The notes below the pieces were generated by a model. That model worked only from the letters and a program-made list of their open reading frames with translations. It ran no database searches and was not told the DNA's origin. The translations under genes were made by a program, and so were the position numbers. A stretch of 64,000 nucleotides of DNA from an uncultured bacterium (GTDB lineage Bacteria > Hydrothermota > UBA3073 > NMUJ01 > CBEVQO01): the NCBI GenBank assembly GCA_965552055.1, contig CBEVQO010000001.1, forward strand, positions 416,001-480,000. Reading direction: 5' to 3'. Positions 29,226 to 38,515 of the stretch are shown here, piece after piece (position 1 is the first letter of the stretch; every line of letters starts with the position of its first letter).

Positions 29226-29594
29226 ATGTATGTGCTTGAGGTGAAAAGGAAGTTTTCAGCAGCTCACAGTTTGCGAGGATATGGTGGGGAATGCGAAAAA
29301 TTACATGGACATAATTTTGAAGTAACGCTGAAAGTAAAAGTTGAAAAATTAAATAAAATAGGAATCACGATTGACTTTAAGAAGATAGATGAAATATTAA
29401 AAGAAATACTGGAAGAGCTGGATCATCAAAATTTAAATGAATTACCTTATTTTTCGGATAAAAATCCATCTGCTGAAAACATAGCAAAATTTATTTTTGA
29501 GAAAGCAAAGGGGAGAATAAAAGAAGGGAAAGTTATTGAAGTAAAAGTAAGCGAAACAGATAAATATTCTGTCAGTTATCGTGAAGATTTGTGA
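29226..29594 (+). CDS. queD: 6-carboxytetrahydropterin synthase
   Basis: FSAAH, CEKLHGHN, LDH..LN, NPSAEN, VSET. Confidence 0.92.
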   Translation: MYVLEVKRKFSAAHSLRGYGGECEKLHGHNFEVTLKVKVEKLNKIGITIDFKKIDEILKEILEELDHQNLNELPYFSDKNPSAENIAKFIFEKAKGRIKEGKVIEVKVSETDKYSVSYREDL

Positions 29595-30198
29595 ATTATT
29601 TACGAGCATTCAGGGTGAAACCACTTTTCAAGGATTGCCTTTCACTTTTATAAGAGTAGCAGGTTGCAACCTCAATTGTAAATGGTGTGATACGCAATAT
29701 GCAAGGGGCAATGGTAAGGAAATGAAAATAGATGACATTATAAATTTTGTGAAAAGACAGGGTTTAAAATATGTGATGGTTACAGGTGGAGAACCCCTTT
29801 TGCAGGAAGAGACTTATATTTTATGTGATGATTTACTGAAAATGGGATACACTGTACTGGTTGAAACAAATGGTTCTATTCTGGTTGACAAATTGAAAAA
29901 AGAAATAATAAAGATTGTGGATGTAAAATGCCCTTCATCCGGTGAACACGAAAAAATGAAGTTTGAGAATTTCAAATATTTGACAGAAAAGGACGAAATA
30001 AAATTTGTAATAATGAATAGAAAAGATTATGAATATGCTAAGAGAATCATTCAAGAATTTGATTTATGGGGCAGAAAGATTTTATTTTCTCCTGTTCATA
30101 ATGTTATGTCTGCGAGAACTCTGGCTGAATGGCTTCTGGAAGACAAATTAAATGCAAAATTACAGATACAATTGCATAAATATCTTTCTATGAAATGA
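29581..30198 (+). CDS. queE: 7-carboxy-7-deazaguanine synthase (radical SAM)
   Basis: SIQGE, GCNLNCKWCDT, TGGEP, ETNG, QLHK. Confidence 0.92.
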   Translation: MKICELFTSIQGETTFQGLPFTFIRVAGCNLNCKWCDTQYARGNGKEMKIDDIINFVKRQGLKYVMVTGGEPLLQEETYILCDDLLKMGYTVLVETNGSILVDKLKKEIIKIVDVKCPSSGEHEKMKFENFKYLTEKDEIKFVIMNRKDYEYAKRIIQEFDLWGRKILFSPVHNVMSARTLAEWLLEDKLNAKLQIQLHKYLSMK

Positions 30199-30593
30199 TT
30201 GAATTTGTAAAACTTGCTTTAACTCCAATTGTTTTAATATCTGCAGAGGGATTAATAATTTTAACTGCACAGAATAGATATGGAAGGGTTATTGACAGAA
30301 TCAGGGAATTGTACAGCATCTATCGTGCAGATGTTGAACGGCGCGATATTTTAAAGACAGAACTTTTAATTTTACTTAAAAGGGGCAAAATTTTGCGTAA
30401 TGCTATGATTTTTTATTTCACTTCGATTTTCTTTTGCCTCATCACATCTATGGGTTTATTTTTAAGAATTAGACAGTCTTTTTGTATAATTACTTTTTCA
30501 ATTGCTCTCTTTCTTTTTATTTTGGGAGTAATTTTCAGCATCTGGGATTTGATTTTTTCTTATAAAGCTGTTGAAAAAGAGGTGAGTTTATGA
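30195..30593 (+). CDS. DUF2721-like membrane protein
   Basis: LTP.VLISA..L....NRYGRVIDRIR; about 3 TMs. Confidence 0.7.
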   Translation: MIEFVKLALTPIVLISAEGLIILTAQNRYGRVIDRIRELYSIYRADVERRDILKTELLILLKRGKILRNAMIFYFTSIFFCLITSMGLFLRIRQSFCIITFSIALFLFILGVIFSIWDLIFSYKAVEKEVSL

Positions 30594-31240
30594 AAGCGGT
30601 TGTTCTTGCATCAGGTGGCATTGATTCCTGTGTTTGTCTTGCTATCGCCATACGCCATTATGAAGTTGCGTTGCTACATGTAAACTATGGACAAAGAACA
30701 GAAAAAAAAGAATTGGAATGCTTTGAAAAACTCGCAAATTATTATGGAATAAAGGAAAAACTGATTGTAAATTTGCCTCATTTGAAAGAAATAGGGGGCT
30801 CAAGTTTAACAGATGAAAAAATGGAAATAGAAGAAGGTTTAAGTGATGATATACCATCTACTTATGTTCCTTTTCGCAATGCCAACATTTTGGCTGTTGC
30901 TGTCTCCTGGGCAGAAGTTATAGGTGCTGAGCGCATATTCATAGGAGCAATCGAAGAAGATGCGCCTGGATATCCTGATTGCAGAAAAAAGTTTTACGAT
31001 GCCTTCCAAAAAGTGATAGAAACAGGAACGAAAAAAGGAAACATTAAAATTTGCACACCTTTGATAAAATTGAAAAAGTCAAAGGTTGTCGAAATCGGTG
31101 CAAAATTGGGCGCACCTTTTCATCTCACATGGTCATGCTATAAAAATGAGGAAAAAGCATGCGGTAAATGTGATAGTTGCTTGCGGCGCTTGCGAGCATT
31201 TAAAGAAGCAGGAATAAAAGACCCTATCCCTTACGAATAA
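30590..31240 (+). CDS. queC: 7-cyano-7-deazaguanine synthase
   Basis: SGGIDS, YGQR, TYVPFRN, YPDCR, TWSCY, CGKCDSC. Confidence 0.95.
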   Translation: MKAVVLASGGIDSCVCLAIAIRHYEVALLHVNYGQRTEKKELECFEKLANYYGIKEKLIVNLPHLKEIGGSSLTDEKMEIEEGLSDDIPSTYVPFRNANILAVAVSWAEVIGAERIFIGAIEEDAPGYPDCRKKFYDAFQKVIETGTKKGNIKICTPLIKLKKSKVVEIGAKLGAPFHLTWSCYKNEEKACGKCDSCLRRLRAFKEAGIKDPIPYE

Positions 31241-31246
31241 AATTAA

Positions 31247-31273
31247 TTGTCAAAGTTATTTTGAGGTTATAAT
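31247..31273 (+). promoter_or_regulatory. Promoter TTGTCA-N15-TATAAT
   Basis: ATG 31279 is 5 nt downstream. Confidence 0.65.
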
Positions 31274-31278
31274 TGGTG

Positions 31279-33102
31279 ATGAGGCGGGAGCTTGGTTTAT
31301 TTTCTGTTTTCTCTATTGTCGCAGGTGCTATGATAAGTTCCGGGCTTTTTGTTTTACCCGGCATAATTTACAGGATTGCTGGACCTTCCATAATTCTATC
31401 TTACATCCTCGCAGGTATTTTGATTTTGCCAACCCTTTTCTCCAAAGCAGAGTTAGCTACCGCGATGCCAAAAGCGGGTGGTACTTACTTCTTTGTAGGC
31501 AGAAGTATGGGTGCATGTGCAGGAGTAATTTCCGGGCTATCAAATTGCTTTGCAACAATCTTAAAAAGTGCCTTCGCATTAATAGGAATTGGCGCCTTCC
31601 TACAATTGATAAATCCACAGGTGTCTGAACCGCAAATAAAACTGCTTTCCATAATTCTTTGTGCTATATTCGTAATCGCAAATCTTATAAGCATAAAGGT
31701 AAGCGGAAGATTACAGGCGTTCCTCGTTATCTTTTTGTTAACCGTTCTATTTTTGTTTTTCATTCTCGGAATCGAAAAAATTTCTCTCTTTCATTTTCAT
31801 CCATTTTTCTCAAAAGGCAAACTCAATATGCTCAAAGCAACGGGCATTGTTTTTATCTCCTACATTGGACTTACAAAGGTAGCAGCTGTAGCCGAAGAAG
31901 TTAAAAATCCCGGTAAAAATTTGCCTTACGGTATGTTGCTTGCACTTATCGTTGTATCTCTTTTATATGCTGGATGTGTCAGTGTAACAATTGGTTTACT
32001 TTCGCCGGATGAAATTTCTCATTCACTCTCACCTCTTTGCCTCGCTTCCACACACATTTATGGCAGGATAACTTTTATTATAATGGCAATAGCTGCAATT
32101 TGTGCATTTGTAACAACGGCAAACGCTGGAATAATGACGGCATCAAGAACTCTGATAGCAATGAGTAAAGATAAATTATTGCCCGGAAAGATAAAAATTA
32201 ATTCAGCGGTGATTATCACAGGAATTTTTATGATTGCAATGATTTTATTTTTAAAAATTGAACAACTCGTAAAAGTAGCATCAACCTTACAGATAATTTT
32301 GTTTATTATGGTGAATATCTCACTTATAATAATGCGTGAAAGCAAATTGAGTGCCTATCGACCTCAATTCAAAAGTCCCCTGTACCCCTGGGGACAAATA
32401 GCTGGTGTCATAATTTATACTTTTTTACTTTTTGAAATGGGCAAGTTTCCGCTCATAACTTCTGGTGTTTTCATCCTTGCCTGTGTTTTGTGGTATTATT
32501 TTTATGCCAGAAGCAGAGTCCAGCATCAGTCGGTTTTGATGCATGTTTTAAGCCAGCTAACAGGTGCAGATAAAGAATTGATAAAAGGGAATCTCGAAGA
32601 AGAATTGATTCAAATTTTAAGAGAAAGGGACGAAGTAAAGGAAGATAGATTCGACAGATTGATAAGAAAATGCGAAATTCTGGATTTGCACGAAAAAATG
32701 AATCTCGAAGAATTTTTGCATTTTATATCGCAAAAACTTTCACAAAAATTGGGAATATCTGAAGATTATTTGTTTAATGAATTTTTGAAAAGAGAACGCG
32801 AATGTTCTACCTGTATTCATCCTGGTCTTGCCATTCCGCATATCGTTTTACCTGGTGAAGGAAAATTTGAAATGATGGTTATAAGGAGTAAGGAAGGAGT
32901 AAAATTTACAGAAGAGTTTCCTCCTGCTCATATAATTTTTGTGCTGTGCGGAACAATGGATGAGCGCGATTTCTACCTTAGAGCATTGATGGCAATAGCC
33001 CAGACAGTACAGGAAAAGGGATTCGAAGAAAAATGGATGAAAGCTGAAACAACCGAAGATATAAGAAGATTGATTCTACTATCTCAAAGAAGAAGGCTTT
33101 AA
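31279..33102 (+). CDS. APC-family amino acid permease fused to a C-terminal PTS EIIA-like domain
   Basis: GAMISSGLF, ELATAMPKAGG, AEEVKNP; C-terminal RE...ST...GLAIPH. Confidence 0.85.
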   Translation: MRRELGLFSVFSIVAGAMISSGLFVLPGIIYRIAGPSIILSYILAGILILPTLFSKAELATAMPKAGGTYFFVGRSMGACAGVISGLSNCFATILKSAFALIGIGAFLQLINPQVSEPQIKLLSIILCAIFVIANLISIKVSGRLQAFLVIFLLTVLFLFFILGIEKISLFHFHPFFSKGKLNMLKATGIVFISYIGLTKVAAVAEEVKNPGKNLPYGMLLALIVVSLLYAGCVSVTIGLLSPDEISHSLSPLCLASTHIYGRITFIIMAIAAICAFVTTANAGIMTASRTLIAMSKDKLLPGKIKINSAVIITGIFMIAMILFLKIEQLVKVASTLQIILFIMVNISLIIMRESKLSAYRPQFKSPLYPWGQIAGVIIYTFLLFEMGKFPLITSGVFILACVLWYYFYARSRVQHQSVLMHVLSQLTGADKELIKGNLEEELIQILRERDEVKEDRFDRLIRKCEILDLHEKMNLEEFLHFISQKLSQKLGISEDYLFNEFLKRERECSTCIHPGLAIPHIVLPGEGKFEMMVIRSKEGVKFTEEFPPAHIIFVLCGTMDERDFYLRALMAIAQTVQEKGFEEKWMKAETTEDIRRLILLSQRRRL

Positions 33103-33109
33103 TCTTTTC

Positions 33110-33136
33110 TTGACTTTTTCAAATTTGTCTTAAAAT
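33110..33136 (+). promoter_or_regulatory. Promoter TTGACT-N15-TAAAAT
   Basis: GTG 33142 is 5 nt downstream. Confidence 0.65.
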
Positions 33137-33141
33137 TATTA

Positions 33142-34359
33142 GTGAAGGATATCATAAAGAAAAAGGTAAAAGGAGAGGAGTTAGAAGAATTTGAAATAGA
33201 AAAAATTGTTAATTCTTACACAAAAGGTTTACTTTCTGATGATTTAATGGCAGTATTTTTGACTTCTGTTTTTATAAATGATTTTAGTGAAAATGAATTA
33301 CTTTATTTTACAAAAGCCATGATGGAAAGCGGGAAAGTTTTACACTGGCGAGGAGGTATTTATGCTGATAAGCATTCTACAGGTGGTGTGGGTGATAAAG
33401 TATCTTTTTTGATAGCACCAATAATGGCATCAGCTGGTCTCAAAGTGCCGATGATTTCGGGCAGAAAACTCGGACATACAGGCGGAACAGTGGATAAACT
33501 CGAATCCATACCCGGATACAGGGTAAATCTATCATTTGAAGAATTTCAAAAAATAGTAGATAAAATTGGCTTAAGTATCATAAGCCAGACGGAAGATTTA
33601 GCACCAGCAGATAGAAAAATATATGCACTTCGGGATAAATTAAATCTCGTAGATTCAATTCCTCTAATAGCATCGAGTATTATGAGTAAAAAACTTGCAG
33701 AAGGGATAAATATCCTTGTGCTGGATGTGAAGACAGGCAAAGGAGCATTTATGGAAAAATATGAAGATGCAAAAGAATTGGCACAAAAAATGGTATCAAT
33801 TGGGAAAAAATACGGAATTAAAGTAAGAGCACATATCACAAATATGGATGAGCCTTTAGGAGAAGCTGCCGGTAATTCCCTTGAAATACTAGAATGCATA
33901 AGAATTTTAAAGGGAGAGCATTATCCAGATGATTTAATGGAAGTTACTTTAACACTCGCAAAAAGTGCTTTTGAACTTGCAGGCATAAAAGAGGAACCGC
34001 AAAAGTTTATAGAAAATGGAAAAGCATACGAAAAATTTAAAGAAATGATAAGAGAACATGGAGGTAACCTTGAAAAAGTAAAAGTCGCGGAAAACAAAAT
34101 GGAAATAAAGGCAGAAAAAGAAGGTTATTTATTCCTTCATACAAAGGAAATAGGCAAAGTAATAAATGAATTCAAAAGCAAAAACTCTGGATGTATTTTT
34201 AGAAAAAAATCAGGCGATAAATTGAAAAAAGGTGAGGTAATTTGTGAAGTTTATTTTGAAAAAGATGAAAAAGAGATTGCCGAAAAGATTAAAAGGCACA
34301 TTGAGATAAGAGAAGAAAAAATTGAAAGGAAGGAGATGATTTTTGATATAATGGGATGA
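33142..34359 (+). CDS. pdp: Pyrimidine-nucleoside / thymidine phosphorylase
   Basis: DKHSTGGVGDK, SGR.LGHTGGT.DKLESIPG, SSIMSKK. Confidence 0.92.
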   Translation: MKDIIKKKVKGEELEEFEIEKIVNSYTKGLLSDDLMAVFLTSVFINDFSENELLYFTKAMMESGKVLHWRGGIYADKHSTGGVGDKVSFLIAPIMASAGLKVPMISGRKLGHTGGTVDKLESIPGYRVNLSFEEFQKIVDKIGLSIISQTEDLAPADRKIYALRDKLNLVDSIPLIASSIMSKKLAEGINILVLDVKTGKGAFMEKYEDAKELAQKMVSIGKKYGIKVRAHITNMDEPLGEAAGNSLEILECIRILKGEHYPDDLMEVTLTLAKSAFELAGIKEEPQKFIENGKAYEKFKEMIREHGGNLEKVKVAENKMEIKAEKEGYLFLHTKEIGKVINEFKSKNSGCIFRKKSGDKLKKGEVICEVYFEKDEKEIAEKIKRHIEIREEKIERKEMIFDIMG

Positions 34360-35615
34360 AAGATTATCCCAACATAATTCTACTTACGATAGATGCTTTG
34401 CGACCCGATTTTATCGATTGTTATAATGATTGTGGATTGACACCGGCACTTAAAAAATTTGCAAAAAATTCAATTGTGTTTGAAAATACTTTCACACAGG
34501 GACCTTTAACTCCTTTATCTTTCCCTGCTATTTTCACAGGAATGTATCCCAGAAAAGTAATGGATGGATTTGGCAAAATAAACAAAAATTTCCCAACTTT
34601 CGCACAAATTTTAAAAGAAAAAGGATACGAAACATGTGGAATATGTTCAAACCATTTTCTGGTAAAAGGAACAGGCTTTGAAAAAGGATTTAACATCTTC
34701 TATGATGCAAATGATTTTATGAAAGTAGGAGGGCTTCTTTATCGCTGGATATATCCCGCTGCCTTTCCAAATGCCGATACCGTTAACGAAAAAGCAATAA
34801 AAATGCTGAAAAAAATAAAAAGACCATTTTTCCTGTGGGTTCACTATATGGATACTCATGGACCTTATTTTACAGGGATAAAATTTAATCCCGTGCATAA
34901 ATTTCACAATGAATTTCTGTGGATAAAAGCAACAAGAAGACCAAAAAGCGTGACGAAAAAAGAAAAAAGAAAATTAAAAACATTATACAAAAAAGCAATC
35001 CAATACATCGACCAAAAATTGCACGAATTATTCAAAGTATTTGAAGATATGAATTTATTTGAAAATTCGATTATAATTATCACATCGGATCATGGAGAAG
35101 AATTTGCAGAACACGGTGAATTCTCTCATAGCCGTAAACTTTACGACGAATTGCTTAGAGTTCCATTGATAATATATTCACCAAAATCAAAGCATGTAAG
35201 AATTAAAAAAATTATGGGATTGATAGACCTTTTACCCACAGTTTTTAAAATTGCTAAAATTGAAACCGATATAAATTTTGAAGGAAAAGACATTTTAAAT
35301 TTTGAAAGAAAATATGTCATAAGTGAAGCGAATCCAGATAAGAAAAAAAATTTTATAGCGATAAGAACTGAAAACTGGAAATACATATTTGATGAAGAAA
35401 AAAATAAAGAAGAACTTTATGATATAAGAAGAGACCCACTGGAGAAAAAGAATCTTGTTGAAAAGGTTTCGAAACAAATTTTATACGAATTTAGAAATAT
35501 TTTGAAGGAATTTACCGAAAGCTGTCCAAAAACAGGAAACACTGCGGATAGATATTTTGACGATAAAATCAAGAAACATTTAGAATTTCTCGGATATATT
35601 GACGAAGTGAAATAA
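34356..35615 (+). CDS. Sulfatase-like / alkaline-phosphatase superfamily hydrolase
   Basis: IDALRPD, HYMDTH.PY, SDHGE, VPL; no CxPxR motif. Confidence 0.8.
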   Translation: MKDYPNIILLTIDALRPDFIDCYNDCGLTPALKKFAKNSIVFENTFTQGPLTPLSFPAIFTGMYPRKVMDGFGKINKNFPTFAQILKEKGYETCGICSNHFLVKGTGFEKGFNIFYDANDFMKVGGLLYRWIYPAAFPNADTVNEKAIKMLKKIKRPFFLWVHYMDTHGPYFTGIKFNPVHKFHNEFLWIKATRRPKSVTKKEKRKLKTLYKKAIQYIDQKLHELFKVFEDMNLFENSIIIITSDHGEEFAEHGEFSHSRKLYDELLRVPLIIYSPKSKHVRIKKIMGLIDLLPTVFKIAKIETDINFEGKDILNFERKYVISEANPDKKKNFIAIRTENWKYIFDEEKNKEELYDIRRDPLEKKNLVEKVSKQILYEFRNILKEFTESCPKTGNTADRYFDDKIKKHLEFLGYIDEVK

Positions 35616-35616
35616 C

Positions 35617-35643
35617 TTGACATTTGAGGAGAATAATTAAATT
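35617..35643 (+). promoter_or_regulatory. Promoter TTGACA-N15-TAAATT
   Basis: ATG 35650 (gltX) is 6 nt downstream. Confidence 0.65.
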
Positions 35644-35649
35644 ATTAAG

Positions 35650-37047
35650 ATGAGTGTAAGGGTAAGGATAGCGCCTTCTCCCACTGGCTTTTTGCATGTA
35701 GGTACCGCTCGCACTGCCCTTTATAACTATCTATTTGCCAAGAAAATGGGAGGAAAATTTATTTTGAGAATTGAAGATACAGATTTGCAAAGGTCAGACC
35801 CGCGCTATACCGAGCAAATAATAGAAAGCTTGAAATGGCTCGGATTACATTGGGATGAAATTTATTATCAATCACAGAGATTTGATATTTACAGAAAATA
35901 CGCTGAAAAACTTTTAAAAGAAGGAAAAGCATATTATTGTTATTGCACAGAAGAAGAACTGGAAAGGAAAAGGAAAGAAGCTCTTGCAAAGAAAAAACCA
36001 TGGAAATACGATAGAAGATGTTATTATTTAACACCCGAAGAAAAAGAAAAATTTGAGCGTGAAGGAAGAAAAAAAGCATTGAGATTTTTCATACCTCAAG
36101 GTAAGGTAGAATTTGAAGATTTATTACATGGTAAACTCGAAAGGGATTCTTTTGATATTGAGGATTTTGTGATAATGAAATCGGATGGCACTCCCAGTTA
36201 TAATTTTGCGTGTGTAATCGATGACCACCTGATGGGTATAACGCATGTGATAAGGGGTGAAGACCACATAACAAATACTTTTAAACAGGTTTTGCTTTAC
36301 AAAGCACTCGGCTGGGAGCCACCAAAATTTGTGCATCTACCTTTGATACTGGGAGAAGACAGGTCAAAATTGTCAAAGCGCCATGGTGCAGTAAATGTGC
36401 TTGAATACAGAGAAATGGGATATTTACCTGAAGCCCTGATTAATTTCCTTGCACTTTTAGGATGGTCTCCAGGTGAAGATAAAGAAATTTTATCAATAGA
36501 TGAAATGATTGAAAGATTTTCACTCGAAAAGTTAAGTAAGACAGGCTCAGTATTTGACATCAAAAAATTAACATGGATGAATCACGAATACATAAAGAGG
36601 AAATCAGCAGAGGAGTTACTCCCCCTTGTTAAACCTTTTATAAAAGAAGAAGTGGATGATGCGTATTTGCTGAAGGTAATCGAGATAATGAAAGACAGGG
36701 TAAAAACATTGAAGGATTTCTGGGACTTTGGAAATTACTTTTTCCGTGAACCAGAAAATTTTGACCCCGAAGGAGTTGAAAAATACTTAAAGAACGAAAA
36801 AATTCCAGAATATTTCGAAAAGTTATGCGAAAGATTTGAAAAATTACCTCATTTCAATGTTGAAGAAATAGAAATAGCGATAAGGGAACTTGCTCAAGAA
36901 CTCGGAATAAAAGCAAAAGAACTCATTCATCCTGTTAGAGTGGCTGTTTCCGGCAGAACAGTGGGACCCAGTTTATTCCACATGCTCGAAGTACTGGGAA
37001 AAGAAAGGGTCTTGAGACGCCTTAAAAAGTGGTGCAGGAAAAATTGA
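35650..37047 (+). CDS. gltX: Glutamate--tRNA ligase
   Basis: APSPTGFLHVG, RIEDTD, IRGEDH, KLSKR. Confidence 0.97.
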   Translation: MSVRVRIAPSPTGFLHVGTARTALYNYLFAKKMGGKFILRIEDTDLQRSDPRYTEQIIESLKWLGLHWDEIYYQSQRFDIYRKYAEKLLKEGKAYYCYCTEEELERKRKEALAKKKPWKYDRRCYYLTPEEKEKFEREGRKKALRFFIPQGKVEFEDLLHGKLERDSFDIEDFVIMKSDGTPSYNFACVIDDHLMGITHVIRGEDHITNTFKQVLLYKALGWEPPKFVHLPLILGEDRSKLSKRHGAVNVLEYREMGYLPEALINFLALLGWSPGEDKEILSIDEMIERFSLEKLSKTGSVFDIKKLTWMNHEYIKRKSAEELLPLVKPFIKEEVDDAYLLKVIEIMKDRVKTLKDFWDFGNYFFREPENFDPEGVEKYLKNEKIPEYFEKLCERFEKLPHFNVEEIEIAIRELAQELGIKAKELIHPVRVAVSGRTVGPSLFHMLEVLGKERVLRRLKKWCRKN

Positions 37048-37742
37048 AAAAAGGTTTACTATGTCTCATTGACCCGGATAAAGAAATAAAATTTCTAAAA
37101 GAAATGGTTAAAAAAATTTCAGATGCCGGAGCTTCAGCTATTTTACTCGGTGGAAGCACCTATGGTGAAGTAGATTTTGATGAATTTGTAAAGGAAGTTA
37201 AAAGATATTCGGAAATACCCGTAATTATTTTTCCATCCGGAATGCATCATATATCGAAGTATGCTGATGCCATATTTTTCATGTCATTGCTTAGTGGAAG
37301 AAATCCACAATATTTGATTGAGGAACAGGTAAAAGCTGCTCCTTTGATAAAAAAATATGGGTTAGAAGTAATACCTGTAGGTTATATTCTGGTAGATGGT
37401 GGTAATCCAACGAGTGCATCTTATATCAGCCACACTATGCCCATACCCCGTGACAAACCACGAATAGCAAAATATCATGCTCTTACTGCCCAGTATTTTG
37501 GTATGAAATATGTGTATCTCGATGCGGGAAGCGGTGCAAAATATTCTGTACCAGAAGAAATGATAAAAGAAGTAAAAGAATACATTGATATCCCTTTAAT
37601 TGTGGGAGGCGGTATTAAAACGCCGGAAGAAGCCCTTAAAAAAAGGAAAGCAGGAGCGGATTTTATAGTCGTGGGAAATATCATTGAGAAAGACATAAAT
37701 CTTGTTTATGAATTTGTGAAAGTGCTGGAAAAGGAGGGATGA
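37029..37742 (+). CDS. Geranylgeranylglyceryl phosphate synthase family, group II type
   Basis: LIDPDK, GGS, SLLSGRNPQYLI, GYILVDGG, YVYLDAGSGA, VGGGI. Confidence 0.85.
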   Translation: MVQEKLKKGLLCLIDPDKEIKFLKEMVKKISDAGASAILLGGSTYGEVDFDEFVKEVKRYSEIPVIIFPSGMHHISKYADAIFFMSLLSGRNPQYLIEEQVKAAPLIKKYGLEVIPVGYILVDGGNPTSASYISHTMPIPRDKPRIAKYHALTAQYFGMKYVYLDAGSGAKYSVPEEMIKEVKEYIDIPLIVGGGIKTPEEALKKRKAGADFIVVGNIIEKDINLVYEFVKVLEKEG

Positions 37743-38515
37743 TGAAAGGAGTGGTTCTTGCAGGAGGTCTTGGCACCCGCCTTTATCCCCTTACTAAAAT
37801 AACGAATAAACATCTATTGCCGATTTATGACCTTCCGATGATATATTATCCCATAATGACACTTGTGGATGCGGGTATAAAAGAGATAATGATAGTAACA
37901 GGTGGTAATTATGCAGGTGAATTTCTACGACTTCTGGGCGACGGAAGGGAATTCGGTTTAAAACAGTTAACTTATGCTTATCAGGAGAAAGAAGGAGGAA
38001 TTGCTCATGCTTTGTCTTATGCACAAAATTTCATAGGTAATGATAAATTCGTGGTAATACTTGGAGATAATATCCTTGATGGCAGTATAAAGAAAGCGGT
38101 TGATAACTTTAAGAAGCAAAAAGAAGGTGCAAAAATTTTACTGAAAGAGGTTCCAAATCCCCAGGATTATGGAGTGCCTGTAATTGAAGGTGATAAGATA
38201 GTGGATGTTATTGAAAAACCCGAAAATCCACCAACAAATTACGCAGTTATAGGTGTTTACATGTATCATCCGGATGTTTTTAACATAATCAAAGAGCTAA
38301 AGCCATCAAAGAGGGGAGAATTAGAGATATCCGATGTGAATGCGATTTATGCGAAACAGGGCAAGTTAACTTACGATATTTTCGAAGGATGGTGGGGAGA
38401 TGCAGGAGTATCTGTCGATATATATCTTGAAGTTTGTAATTATGTGGCATTGAGGAAAAAATCAAATCCACCTTACTGGAATCTCGAAAGATTGAGAAAT
38501 TTGAATGCGAAATGA
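37739..38515 (+). CDS. rmlA: Glucose-1-phosphate thymidylyltransferase-like nucleotidyltransferase
   Basis: LAGGLGTRLYPLT, K.LLPIYD.PMI, LGDN, EKP, RGELEI. Confidence 0.85.
   Translation: MMKGVVLAGGLGTRLYPLTKITNKHLLPIYDLPMIYYPIMTLVDAGIKEIMIVTGGNYAGEFLRLLGDGREFGLKQLTYAYQEKEGGIAHALSYAQNFIGNDKFVVILGDNILDGSIKKAVDNFKKQKEGAKILLKEVPNPQDYGVPVIEGDKIVDVIEKPENPPTNYAVIGVYMYHPDVFNIIKELKPSKRGELEISDVNAIYAKQGKLTYDIFEGWWGDAGVSVDIYLEVCNYVALRKKSNPPYWNLERLRNLNAK

Noticed and set aside
29199..29226. preQ1 riboswitch before queD
   Set aside because: The start codon is 3-6 nt from the -10 box, leaving no room, and no motif is present
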